Assembly (NCBI GenBank): GCA_018672235.1
Contig: JABHGE010000003.1
Coordinates: 3,699 to 67,698, forward strand
Reading direction: 5' to 3'
DNA: 64,000 bases
Source: Fidelibacterota bacterium
GTDB taxonomy: Bacteria; Fidelibacterota; Marinisomatia; Marinisomatales; Marinisomataceae
Every line of letters starts with the position of its first letter. Position 1 is the stretch's first letter. A program made the position numbers and the translations under genes. The notes beneath the pieces were generated by a model. It was not told the DNA's origin. It ran no database searches and worked only from the letters and a program-made list of their open reading frames with translations. This document shows positions 1 to 9,269 of this stretch, one piece after another.

Positions 1-1
1 T

Positions 2-268
2 TCTATTCCTCATCTTGCTCCAATATGGATATTGTGTATGTGGGCTGGATTTTCAGCACAAATTAATCATGCTATGAACAGATTGAGAGGTAGATATCTT
101 CTTGTTGGATTTTATGGATTACTAGCACCGCTAGCTTATATGGGTGGTGAAAAAATTAATGCAGCCTCTATTACTGATGGAGATATTAACTATGCAATCA
201 TTAGTATTAGTTGGGCTATCAGTCTTGTTGTTTTATTTAAAATATCTGAATATTTGATGGCAAAATAG
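2..268 (+). CDS. hypothetical small integral membrane protein, C-terminal part (ORF open to left window edge)
   Basis: The reading frame has no stop from nt 2 to the TAG at 266-268. It contains hydrophobic segments. I recognise no family with confidence. Confidence 0.35.
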   Translation, partial: SIPHLAPIWILCMWAGFSAQINHAMNRLRGRYLLVGFYGLLAPLAYMGGEKINAASITDGDINYAIISISWAISLVVLFKISEYLMAK

Positions 269-270
269 AT

Positions 271-1692
271 ATGAAGCATTATGCTCTAATACTAATATGC
301 ATATTATCTCTTATTTCTTGTGCTAGTAAAGCAGCAATTGAGCCTGAAAGCGTAGTGGATAATATTCCAGAAGATTGGGCAATAGAAACTCCAATCACAA
401 TTAATATTTCAGATATATGGTGGAACGAATTTCAAGATGAAAAACTCAATCAATTCTTGTCACAATTTTTAGATGAAAATATTAATCTAGAACAAGCAAT
501 GCTCAATACAAGAATTGCAAAACAAGCATCTGTAATATCAACTTCAACTCTTTTCCCATCTATCGGAATCGGTGCTAGCGCTGGAGAGTCTGAACAGAAT
601 TCAGCAGGATTCCCTCCAATACTTTCTGCATTATTTGGAGAGCAAAGTGATGAAATTACTACATTCACTCAAGAAAATTATAGCTTATCATTAAACACGC
701 AATGGGAAATTGACTTATGGGGTAAAATGAGGCAAGGCAGGCTTGCAGGAAAGCAGCAATATTTAGCTGCACAATATAATTATACTTATTATCAATTTTC
801 CCTTACATCTGAAGCAACAAAGCTTTACTTCTCGATTATTGAAGCAAAACAACTAACAAACAATACTCAGCAGAAATATAATAATGCTAAAATTATTTTT
901 GATTTATATACTAGCCGTTATAATAAAGGAATTATATCATTAAAAGCTCTACAACAATCTGAGCTAATGCTTAATCTTGCAAAAAGTGACTTAGAAAATA
1001 AAAAAAGTATTTCTACCTCTCTTGTTCGAGAAGCAAAAGTATTAATAAGAGAATATCCTAACTTAATATTAGATACTTCGACAGAATTTCCAAAATCTAT
1101 TCCTAACATACCGGAAGTCATTCCAGCTAGTATTATAAAAAGGCGTCCAGACTTAATTGCGTCTCAATATAATTTACTAGCATCTAAAGCATTAAATAAG
1201 CAGGCGATGCGCTCTTTATATCCTTCATTCAGTTTAGTTGGATCTACAGGAACGTCAAGTAATGTTCAGGACCTATTAAATGATGATTTTAGCGTATGGA
1301 GTGCTGGTTTAAACTTATTATCTCCCATATTTAATGGAGGGAAATTGATAGCAAATAAAAAAATTGCTAAAACGAATCAAGAAATTGCAATGCTAGAATT
1401 TGTTGATAATCTACTTGGTGCATATAAGGAAGTAGAATCGGGATTAGAATTTGACAGAAGCACGCAACTATCTTTAAATCTTTTAAAAGATAATATTATA
1501 CTATCTGAATCTATTTATAAAACTACTTTTGATGAATTTTCAAAAGGCGTTGCAAGGATAGAGGATGTTATTAATGCAAATAATGCACTTTTTGATAATA
1601 AAAATATGCTCGCTACAACAGAAAGAATTCGCATTGAACAAAGAATAAACTTAATATTGGCACTTGGAGGAGGGTTCACTTACAAGCGATGA
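271..1692 (+). CDS. efflux outer-membrane factor lipoprotein (TolC/NodT-like OMF)
   Basis: 473 aa. The signal peptide ends in LISC (lipobox-like). The composition is long, helical and Q/N/L-rich, as in OEP repeats. Its stop overlaps the next start as ATGA, and it is the first gene of an OMF-MFP-RND triplet. Confidence 0.8.
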   Translation: MKHYALILICILSLISCASKAAIEPESVVDNIPEDWAIETPITINISDIWWNEFQDEKLNQFLSQFLDENINLEQAMLNTRIAKQASVISTSTLFPSIGIGASAGESEQNSAGFPPILSALFGEQSDEITTFTQENYSLSLNTQWEIDLWGKMRQGRLAGKQQYLAAQYNYTYYQFSLTSEATKLYFSIIEAKQLTNNTQQKYNNAKIIFDLYTSRYNKGIISLKALQQSELMLNLAKSDLENKKSISTSLVREAKVLIREYPNLILDTSTEFPKSIPNIPEVIPASIIKRRPDLIASQYNLLASKALNKQAMRSLYPSFSLVGSTGTSSNVQDLLNDDFSVWSAGLNLLSPIFNGGKLIANKKIAKTNQEIAMLEFVDNLLGAYKEVESGLEFDRSTQLSLNLLKDNIILSESIYKTTFDEFSKGVARIEDVINANNALFDNKNMLATTERIRIEQRINLILALGGGFTYKR

Positions 1693-2831
1693 TTAAATAT
1701 TTAAAACCATTACTAATTATAGGTATTTCCACGGTTATTGCATCTGTACTATACATGTTAGGTCAGGTATCTCCTTTACCTGTACAAGAGCAACCTCCTT
1801 TAGATGTAAATGTTCAAATTTTAGCACCTATTGATTATCAAATAAAAATAAAATCAACTGGGACAACAACCCCTATTACTAAGACAGTCTTAACATCTGA
1901 AGTAGGCGGAGAAGTTATTTATCGTTCTAAAAAATTCTCTGAAGGATCTTCCGTTATTAGTGGAGAGATTTTAGCTAAAATTGATGATACTGATTTACAG
2001 TTACAGTATAAGAATGCCCTGCTTCAATTAGCAAGCGCTGAAGTGCAATTTGCAGTTCAACAAGCAGAAGCAGAAATTGCTCAGGAAGCTTGGGAACAAG
2101 TTGGCGAAGGTACTGCAAAAGATCTAACAACTAAAAAGCCTCAGTTAAAGCAAGCAAAAGCTGCATTAGAAGTTGCAAAAGCTCAAGTGCAATCATCAGA
2201 AAAAAAACTAAACAAAACAGAGATTACTGCGCCATATACAGGACGTATTCAAAATATTAATATTGATTTAGGCTCCACCATTGTTCCTGGCCAACCAGTA
2301 GGATCTATTTATACTTCAAATGAAATTGAAGTTACCCTTTCTGTCAAAGATAGTGATTTACAATTTCTAGATATCCCAATGGATGGTAGAAAATTAAACC
2401 CCGATCAAAAGTCTATCGTAATTATTAAATCTCTTTATAAGGGTGAAATGCAACAGTGGGCTGGAAATCTAGAACGTGTTGATGGTGTTATTGATCCAAT
2501 GACTCGAATGATTAAGTTAATCGCAAATTTCAAAAATAATTTTATTGAAGAAACAAAACCTATCTTACCCATTGGTTTATTTGTAGAAGCAGAAATCAAT
2601 GGAAAACAGTTAGAAGACATGTTTATGATACCAAATACTGCATTAACTCCTAATGATGAACTTTTGGTTTTAAATCAAGATGATGCCCTAGAAATAAGAA
2701 AAATAAAAGTCGTTACTAAAATGAAAAATTATATTTTAGTAAAAGAAGGGGTGAAAGCGGGTGAAAGAGTAGTTGTATCCAAGCTTAGTATTATAACTAA
2801 TGGAATGCTAGTCAACCCAAGATATCAATAA
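1689..2831 (+). CDS. efflux RND periplasmic adaptor subunit (MFP/HlyD family)
   Basis: 380 aa with an N-terminal TM anchor and a central coiled-coil hairpin (LQLQYKNALLQLASAEVQFAVQQAEAE...). The ITAPYTGRI lipoyl-like motif is present. It is translationally coupled to both neighbours. Confidence 0.82.
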   Translation: MIKYLKPLLIIGISTVIASVLYMLGQVSPLPVQEQPPLDVNVQILAPIDYQIKIKSTGTTTPITKTVLTSEVGGEVIYRSKKFSEGSSVISGEILAKIDDTDLQLQYKNALLQLASAEVQFAVQQAEAEIAQEAWEQVGEGTAKDLTTKKPQLKQAKAALEVAKAQVQSSEKKLNKTEITAPYTGRIQNINIDLGSTIVPGQPVGSIYTSNEIEVTLSVKDSDLQFLDIPMDGRKLNPDQKSIVIIKSLYKGEMQQWAGNLERVDGVIDPMTRMIKLIANFKNNFIEETKPILPIGLFVEAEINGKQLEDMFMIPNTALTPNDELLVLNQDDALEIRKIKVVTKMKNYILVKEGVKAGERVVVSKLSIITNGMLVNPRYQ

Positions 2832-5800
2832 TGAGAGGTATTGTTACTTGGTTCGTTAAGAATAGTGTCCCTGCGAATCTATTTATGTTTTTTTTAATTT
2901 TTGGTGGATTCTTTGTATCCTATCCAACAATGAAGTCTGAATTTTTTCCTGCACCAGATCTTGCAACTATCACAATTAGTGTACCATATCCTGGAGCATC
3001 TGCAAAAGAAGTAGAGGCTTCGATTTCTTCCAAAATAGAAGATAGACTTGAAGGTATTTCTAATATTAAAAAATTAAGATCATACTCAATCGAGGGTCGT
3101 GGATTAATTGTTGTACAAGTTTATAATAGCGATGAGATTGATACTACCTTAGATGATATCAATACAATCATGGACGGTATAAGTACCTTTCCACAAAACA
3201 GTGAGTCTCCCGTTGTTAGCAAGTTAGAACCTAGCGAGAAAGTATTAGATGTTATTGTGTATGGAGATGTTGATGAACTGGTCTTATTAAATATTACCAA
3301 AGAAGTGAATAAGGAAATGAAAGAGCTCAGCGAAGTTTCATTTACAGAAATAAATGGAGACAGAGACAAAGAAATTACCATAGAGGTATCTGAAAACAAT
3401 CTTGAAAAGTATAACTTAAGTTTTGATCAGATATCTATGGCAATTAATGCAGGGTCAATCGACTTACCAGGAGGGTTGTTATCAAGTAAAAGTGGTGACC
3501 TACTAATTAGAACAGTTGGACAGTCCTATAATGCTATTGAGTATGAAAATATTGTTATTAAAGGTCAGCCAGATGGAAGTCAATTACTTCTCGGGGATAT
3601 AGCAACTATTACCGATGGATTTATAAATGTAGAAAGCTATTATCGATGGGATGGTACTCCAGCAATGTTTATTAGTGTAAATTTAGTTGGCGACCAAGAT
3701 GTACTCTTGGCTGCGGACCAATTAAGAAAATATGTTAAAAGTAAGCAGTCAGATATGCCTCCAAATGTGAGTATTGATTATTGGTATGATCAAGCGCGAT
3801 ATCTCCAAGACCGCATTGATCTCTTGTATAACAATTTTGCTATTGGAATGATTTTAGTATTAATTCTTTTAACAATGTTTTTAAGGCCATCGGTAGCATT
3901 CTGGGTGTCAATGGGTATTCCAATCTCTTTCGGAGGGGCATTAATTATACTTCCTCAAATCGGTGTTACTGTGAATATTTTATCGGCATTTATGTTTATT
4001 GTAGTATTGGGCATTGTTGTTGATGATGCCATTATTGTAGGAGAAAATGTTTTTAGAAGACGCATAAAACTCAAAGAAAATAATATGGACTCAACAATTA
4101 AAGGTACGATGGAAGTATTAATTCCTGTCTTTTTTGGAGTATTAACGACTATTGTTGTATTTGCACCCATGCTTAATCTAGCTGGACAAACAGGCGGTGT
4201 TTGGAAAACATTTCCATTAACTGCTATTCCGATTTTAGTATTTTCATTGATCGAGTCTACAACAATTTTACCAGCTCACTTATATCATGCTGGTGAATGG
4301 TTCCAAACCAGTTTTGTAGGTTTTGGTAAAAGATTAAAAATAGTAAGAAATTATTGCTCAAAAAAACTTTATGAGTTTGTAGATAATTTCTGGATGCCTT
4401 TAGTTAAAAAATCTATTACTAGTCGATATGTCACTATTTCAGTTTTTATTGGAATGATGATTATGACCTTATCTTTGCTTGCTGGAGGATTAGTAAAATG
4501 GCAGTTTTTTCCTGTTCTAGAGTCTCAAGAAGTTGGAATTGTATTTGAATTACCAGAAGGCTCTCCAATAGAAAAAACCCAAGCTATTACTCAAATTATT
4601 GAAAGTGAAGCTCTAAAACTTAAACAAGAATTGAATACAACTGAGACAGAAATAATTATTTCTCATGTATTAACAACTGTTGGAAAGCACTATTTTGCAA
4701 ATGCTGAAGCTGAGAATAGTCCTAGCGGAAGGAATATTACATCTTCATCAACACCACATCTAGGAGAGGTTGTTATTGTATTAACCCCTGCAGAGAGTAG
4801 GTGGGGATTACTAGGTGCATACGATGTTATCGATGAGATGCGTTCACGTATTGGAACTATACCAGGTGTAGAGCGATTAAATTATAGTGCTAATGTTTTT
4901 ACTGCTGGAAAATCAATTCACTTTGAATTTTCAGGAGATAGTTTTGAAAAATTAAATCAAGTAGTGGCTGATACAAGAGTACTACTTTCTGGCTTTTCAG
5001 GTGTCTATGATTTAGCAGATACTGACACCAAAGGTAAAAATGAATTACAAATTGAACTATTACCTTCCGCTGAAGTTTATGGCATTACTACGATGGATAT
5101 TGCACGTCAAGTAAGACAAGCATTCTTCGGTGAAGAGGTGCAGCGTATTCAAAGAGCAGATGATGATATTAAGGTTATGTTGAAACTCCCAAAAGATGAG
5201 CGTGAGAATCTAATAAGTTTAGAAAATATGAGAATACGTACCGCTCAAGGGACTAAGGTTCCACTCTATGCTGTTGCTAACATTAAAGAAGTTGAAGGAA
5301 AATCAGCGATTGTTCGTGTTGATGGAAAGCGCGTTGTTGAAGTAACATCTGATGTTGATGTTTCCAAAAACACTTCTTCTATGATATTGCAAACACTGGT
5401 ATGGCTCGGAGGTCCACTTGAAGGACAACCGCTCGGTAAGCTCAAAAAGATTATGGATAAAACTCCTGGAGTAGATTTTGCATTAGCGGGAGAGCCAGCT
5501 GAACAAGCCGAACAATTAGATGATATATTATTAAAATTTAGTTTAGCAATTTTTGTTATTTATGTACTGCTTGCGATTCCACTTAAATCATACTTTAAGC
5601 CATTGATCGTATTATCAGCAATTCCATTTGGAGTGGTAGGAGCAATCCTTGGGCACCTATTGTTTAATCAACCTATGTCAGTACTATCTCTTCTTGGTGT
5701 TATTGCATTATCTGGTGTTGTAGTAAACGATAGTCTTCTCTTGGTTGTGTTTGTAAATAGAGCTAAAGAGAAAGGCGTAGAAACTAGAAAAGCTGCGCTA

Positions 5801-6040
5801 GATGCAGTCCGCACAAGATTCAGACCAGTAGTATTAACTTCAATGACAACATTCTTAGGTATTGTACCATTACTACTTAATCAAACTACGCAGGTTCTAT
5901 TCCTAAAACCTATGGCAATATCTCTAGGGGTTGGAATTTTATTTGCAACTTGTATTATATTGTTACTTGTGCCGGTTGCATATATGATTATTGATGACTT
6001 AATTATATTTTTAGAAAGACTGTTTAAGAAAGCTAATTAA
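2831..6040 (+). CDS. RND efflux transporter permease (AcrB/HAE-type)
   Basis: 1069 aa with the 12-TM, two-large-periplasmic-loop architecture. Typical motifs include GIVVDDAIIVGENV and SGVVVNDSLLLV. Its start overlaps the MFP stop as TAATG. Confidence 0.9.
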   Translation: MRGIVTWFVKNSVPANLFMFFLIFGGFFVSYPTMKSEFFPAPDLATITISVPYPGASAKEVEASISSKIEDRLEGISNIKKLRSYSIEGRGLIVVQVYNSDEIDTTLDDINTIMDGISTFPQNSESPVVSKLEPSEKVLDVIVYGDVDELVLLNITKEVNKEMKELSEVSFTEINGDRDKEITIEVSENNLEKYNLSFDQISMAINAGSIDLPGGLLSSKSGDLLIRTVGQSYNAIEYENIVIKGQPDGSQLLLGDIATITDGFINVESYYRWDGTPAMFISVNLVGDQDVLLAADQLRKYVKSKQSDMPPNVSIDYWYDQARYLQDRIDLLYNNFAIGMILVLILLTMFLRPSVAFWVSMGIPISFGGALIILPQIGVTVNILSAFMFIVVLGIVVDDAIIVGENVFRRRIKLKENNMDSTIKGTMEVLIPVFFGVLTTIVVFAPMLNLAGQTGGVWKTFPLTAIPILVFSLIESTTILPAHLYHAGEWFQTSFVGFGKRLKIVRNYCSKKLYEFVDNFWMPLVKKSITSRYVTISVFIGMMIMTLSLLAGGLVKWQFFPVLESQEVGIVFELPEGSPIEKTQAITQIIESEALKLKQELNTTETEIIISHVLTTVGKHYFANAEAENSPSGRNITSSSTPHLGEVVIVLTPAESRWGLLGAYDVIDEMRSRIGTIPGVERLNYSANVFTAGKSIHFEFSGDSFEKLNQVVADTRVLLSGFSGVYDLADTDTKGKNELQIELLPSAEVYGITTMDIARQVRQAFFGEEVQRIQRADDDIKVMLKLPKDERENLISLENMRIRTAQGTKVPLYAVANIKEVEGKSAIVRVDGKRVVEVTSDVDVSKNTSSMILQTLVWLGGPLEGQPLGKLKKIMDKTPGVDFALAGEPAEQAEQLDDILLKFSLAIFVIYVLLAIPLKSYFKPLIVLSAIPFGVVGAILGHLLFNQPMSVLSLLGVIALSGVVVNDSLLLVVFVNRAKEKGVETRKAALDAVRTRFRPVVLTSMTTFLGIVPLLLNQTTQVLFLKPMAISLGVGILFATCIILLLVPVAYMIIDDLIIFLERLFKKAN

Positions 6041-6043
6041 AAA

Positions 6044-6676
6044 TTATGCTTCAAATTGTGAGTAGCTAGGATAAATAGATCTAGCAGGATCTTCATAATC
6101 AATCTTGATAATTGCTTTTTTTAATATTCTTTTTAATACAATTAAACGATCGTTTTCAGATTGACTTTTCAATAGAATTTTTTTTGCTCTTTTATCAATA
6201 TCTAACATAGAAGCAATTTCAAAAGAACTTTTTGGCATATCAATCTGTGGAATTTTAGAAGATGCTCCCAGTTTTAATAATACCTCATACAAGAACACAT
6301 TAGCTTCTTGTAATAGGTCTTCATTGATAGTATCATCAATATCATTCCATGTTTTAACATATGCCTGCTTATAAGACTCTGAAGTGTTATAACTTTTAAC
6401 AATAAATCTTTCTACTCCAGATACCAAGATATCATATTCCCTGCTTTCATTCTCTCCGCCAACTAATTGCTCTATAGATGCCGTACAGCCAATCACTAGA
6501 GAATCATTATTTTTTGAATTTATAATACCAAATTTTTTATTATTCTTTAGGCAATATTCAATCATCTTTTTATACTTTTCTTCAAAAATATGTAAAGGTA
6601 ATTTCTCGCCAGGAAGTAGTACTAAAGGTAGTGGGAAAATTGGGATTTTATCATTCATACTCCTATCAAAATACAT
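6044..6676 (-). CDS. LON N-terminal (substrate-binding) domain protein
   Basis: 210 aa. The IPIFPLPLVLLPGEKLPLHIFEEKY signature of the Lon N domain is present. There is no AAA or protease domain. An alternative start lies at M7 (6658). Confidence 0.7.
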   Translation of the reverse strand: MYFDRSMNDKIPIFPLPLVLLPGEKLPLHIFEEKYKKMIEYCLKNNKKFGIINSKNNDSLVIGCTASIEQLVGGENESREYDILVSGVERFIVKSYNTSESYKQAYVKTWNDIDDTINEDLLQEANVFLYEVLLKLGASSKIPQIDMPKSSFEIASMLDIDKRAKKILLKSQSENDRLIVLKRILKKAIIKIDYEDPARSIYPSYSQFEA

Positions 6677-6706
6677 ATAGTTTCATTAATATTCACTACC
6701 AATCTT

Positions 6707-7003
6707 ATGAAAAAAGATATTATAGATCATTTAGCCATTTGCACTGATGATATTGCTAAATCAGTAACATGGTATATAGATAATTTTAACTGCAATATCC
6801 TTTATCAAGACAAGTCTTGGGCAATGCTTGAGTTTGACAATGTTAAACTAGCACTTGTCTTGCCGGATCAACATCCCTTCCATTTTGCAATCCTTAAAGA
6901 CGATGTTGAAAGCTACGGAGAGCCTGTCACTCATCGAGACGGATCAGTCTCTGTGTATGTTAAAGATCGATCAGGCAATAACATTGAAATCTTGAGATAC
7001 TAA
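6707..7003 (+). CDS. small VOC/glyoxalase-fold protein
   Basis: 98 aa. The HLAICTDDI ... HFAI ... GNNIEI pattern is typical of single-module glyoxalase/bleomycin-resistance fold proteins. Confidence 0.55.
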   Translation: MKKDIIDHLAICTDDIAKSVTWYIDNFNCNILYQDKSWAMLEFDNVKLALVLPDQHPFHFAILKDDVESYGEPVTHRDGSVSVYVKDRSGNNIEILRY

Positions 7004-7124
7004 TCGTTTGCTACTAGATTTATTCTGTTATAAAATTGGCCAACCTACTAGTTAGGTTTAACAAAAAAATAATATATGGAATAGCTTAAAAAGCTTTTTC
7101 CAAATTTTAAATAAGGGGAATAAT

Positions 7125-7568
7125 ATGTTTAAAAAAATATTTACAATCACATCCATCTTACTATTAATTGCATGCGGTGGCGGATCTACTGCTGAACCAA
7201 CAGTAGTCAATATCGGTTCATTGGGTGCTGAAATGAAGTACGACGTAGAAGAATTCACTGTTAAGGCTGGATCAAAAGTTACAATAGTGATGAAAAATAA
7301 TACTCCATCTGATTTCATGGGAGCAATGCTACATAATGTTGTCATCTTTAAAGATGAGTCTGCTGCGCCAATGATTATTGAATTAGCTGAAGGAAATGGC
7401 GGAGAACCATATTCCGATGGAAGAATCTTAGCGATGACTCCACTAGCAGATAAACAAGAAGAGACATCTGTAGAGTTTACGGCCCCAAGTAAACCAGGTA
7501 GATATTTATATGTTTGTACTTATATCGCACATGCAGGATCTATGCGTGGCTATATGATTGTTGAATAA
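7125..7568 (+). CDS. azurin-like type-1 copper cupredoxin, lipoprotein
   Basis: 147 aa with lipobox LLIAC-GG. The upstream His ligand context MLHNVVI resembles azurin GHNWV. The C-terminal ligand set YVCTYIAHAGSM has C-X4-H-X3-M spacing, identical to azurin. A good SD (AAGGGGA) lies upstream. Confidence 0.75.
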   Translation: MFKKIFTITSILLLIACGGGSTAEPTVVNIGSLGAEMKYDVEEFTVKAGSKVTIVMKNNTPSDFMGAMLHNVVIFKDESAAPMIIELAEGNGGEPYSDGRILAMTPLADKQEETSVEFTAPSKPGRYLYVCTYIAHAGSMRGYMIVE

Positions 7569-7586
7569 TTAAAGAACCTCCTTACT

Positions 7587-7620
7587 AAAACCCTCATTTT
7601 TTATAGTGAGGGTTTTATCG
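7587..7620 (+). terminator. rho-independent terminator after the cupredoxin gene
   Basis: AAAACCCTCA (7587-7596) pairs with TGAGGGTTTT (7607-7616) around a 10-nt loop. The hairpin runs into a T-tract. Confidence 0.65.
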
Positions 7621-7622
7621 AA

Positions 7623-7651
7623 TTGACGTATAAAAAAAATATCCATATATT
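7623..7651 (+). promoter_or_regulatory. sigma70-like promoter for the FTR1 gene
   Basis: TTGACG (7623-7628), a 17-bp spacer, then TATATT (7646-7651). It lies 57 nt upstream of the FTR1 ATG. Confidence 0.5.
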
Positions 7652-7664
7652 CATACCATAATTT

Positions 7665-7683
7665 ATTGAGAATTAATCTCAAT
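7665..7683. promoter_or_regulatory. 19-bp inverted repeat, Fur-family-box-like operator candidate
   Basis: ATTGAGAATTAATCTCAAT has perfect 7-bp arms. The core TGAGAAT-T-AATCTCA matches 11 of 14 positions of the 7-1-7 Fur motif TGATAAT-N-ATTATCA by my count. It sits between the predicted -10 and the iron permease start. Confidence 0.45.
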
Positions 7684-7707
7684 TAAGGAAAATAAGGAAG
7701 ATATATC

Positions 7708-8640
7708 ATGGCAGAACTACTTATAACATTCAGAGAAACTCTCGAAGCTGCACTAATTGTTGGTATCTTATATACATTTATATCTAAGACCGGGAAAATG
7801 CATCTTAAAGCAAGTATTCAAGGAGGAGTTATTGCAGCGCTAGCAGCTAGTGTAGTTTTTGCAATTGTATTTCAATTAATACTAGGTGGATTCTCTGGAA
7901 GAGCAGAAGAAATTTTTGAAGGCACAGTAATGATCTTAGCAGCTATACTTTTGTCAACAATGATTATATGGATGGCAAGAAATAAGAATGTATCTGAAAG
8001 CTTAGAAAACCAAGCATCTGCAGTAATGGACAGTAATAAAAATGTTGCTCAAGGTCTATTTGCACTGGCATTCTTATCCGTATTTAGAGAAGGAATAGAA
8101 ACAGTACTGTTTTTATATGGTATATACATTAAAGATGGGGGGCTTTCTTTTGCTATGTCATTAACTGGGGTAGCGATTGCTATTGCTCTTGGTTATGCGA
8201 TATTTATTCAAGGGAAAAAAGTGCCTTTAAAAACATTTTTTAATGTTACATCCATATTATTAATCTTTGTTGCAGCAGGATTAGTATCTTATGGTATTCA
8301 TGAATTTGAAGAAGCTGGTTTAATCTATTATCCTGGCCCTATTTGGGATGTTAACCCTGCACTTAATCCTGATGGAAGCTATCCTTTATTACACGAAAAA
8401 GGCGGTATTGGTGTCTTTGCTAAAGGATTATTTGGATGGAATGGAAACCCAAGTGCTATTGAAGTAATGGCATACTTATTAACGCTAGCTAGTGTATCAT
8501 ATATGTGGTCAGCAGCATCAGCACAAGCACTTACTGGAAAAGAAACTTCCTCAGCAATAGAAGATAAATGTCCAACTTGTTTTGAAGAAGTTGATATAAA
8601 ATCTACTAATTCATGTGCAAATTGTAATACTGACAGATAA
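7708..8640 (+). CDS. FTR1/EfeU-family high-affinity iron permease with Cys4 C-terminal tail
   Basis: 310 aa and polytopic. Both REXXE iron-binding motifs are present (FRETLEAA near the N-terminus and FREGIETVLF). The C-terminal extension is CPTC-X11-CANC. Confidence 0.85.
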   Translation: MAELLITFRETLEAALIVGILYTFISKTGKMHLKASIQGGVIAALAASVVFAIVFQLILGGFSGRAEEIFEGTVMILAAILLSTMIIWMARNKNVSESLENQASAVMDSNKNVAQGLFALAFLSVFREGIETVLFLYGIYIKDGGLSFAMSLTGVAIAIALGYAIFIQGKKVPLKTFFNVTSILLIFVAAGLVSYGIHEFEEAGLIYYPGPIWDVNPALNPDGSYPLLHEKGGIGVFAKGLFGWNGNPSAIEVMAYLLTLASVSYMWSAASAQALTGKETSSAIEDKCPTCFEEVDIKSTNSCANCNTDR

Positions 8641-8642
8641 GC

Positions 8643-9269
8643 TTAAGCTAGAGAATCTTTTAATTCTGATAAAATCATTGCAGTTGCACCCCAAGAGGTG
8701 CAACTGTTAAATTCAAAACTAGGCACTGCTATACTTATGCCTTTTATTTTAACATTTTTGGTAGATAGAGTAGTATCAACTTGCAATTCATCTAAGTCAA
8801 CATCGTGTATTGACTCCACTTCATCTGCATTAATTATCGTACTTGGTCTATCATTAGAATACCAAATATATGGATGAATCAAGAAACCGGAAACTGGAGC
8901 ATATAACGGTGTTAATTTTCCAATAAATTCTAAAGGTATGTCTATTCCAATCTCTTCTTGACTTTCGCGTAAGGAAGTTTGTCTAAATGATTCATCTCCA
9001 TCTTTGGCGCCTCCAGGTAAAGAAATTTCTCCTTTATGATGATCTACATTTGATGTTCTTCGTGTTAAGAAAAATTTTAGCTTATTTTCTTCTTCAAATA
9101 ATATGATAGCTACTGCTGCTAACTTGGCATTAGATGGTGGATAAAAAGCTAATCTTGTAACAGTATTAATAGACATAACTGCCATCTTTTTCTGACTTTC
9201 CCAGCCAGGTAATGATTCAGTAAGTCTTTTCTTTATTAATCTAATTTTTTTATCTAGCTTCAATTTCAT
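8643..9269 (-). CDS. Nudix hydrolase, CoA pyrophosphatase-like
   Basis: The Nudix box GAKDGDESFRQTSLRESQEEIGI is present. The N-terminal LPGWESQKKM segment is typical of the NudL/CoA-pyrophosphatase group. I chose the start at M6 (9269). The ORF track starts at 9284, and M34 (9185) is also possible. Confidence 0.72.
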   Translation of the reverse strand: MKLKLDKKIRLIKKRLTESLPGWESQKKMAVMSINTVTRLAFYPPSNAKLAAVAIILFEEENKLKFFLTRRTSNVDHHKGEISLPGGAKDGDESFRQTSLRESQEEIGIDIPLEFIGKLTPLYAPVSGFLIHPYIWYSNDRPSTIINADEVESIHDVDLDELQVDTTLSTKNVKIKGISIAVPSFEFNSCTSWGATAMILSELKDSLA

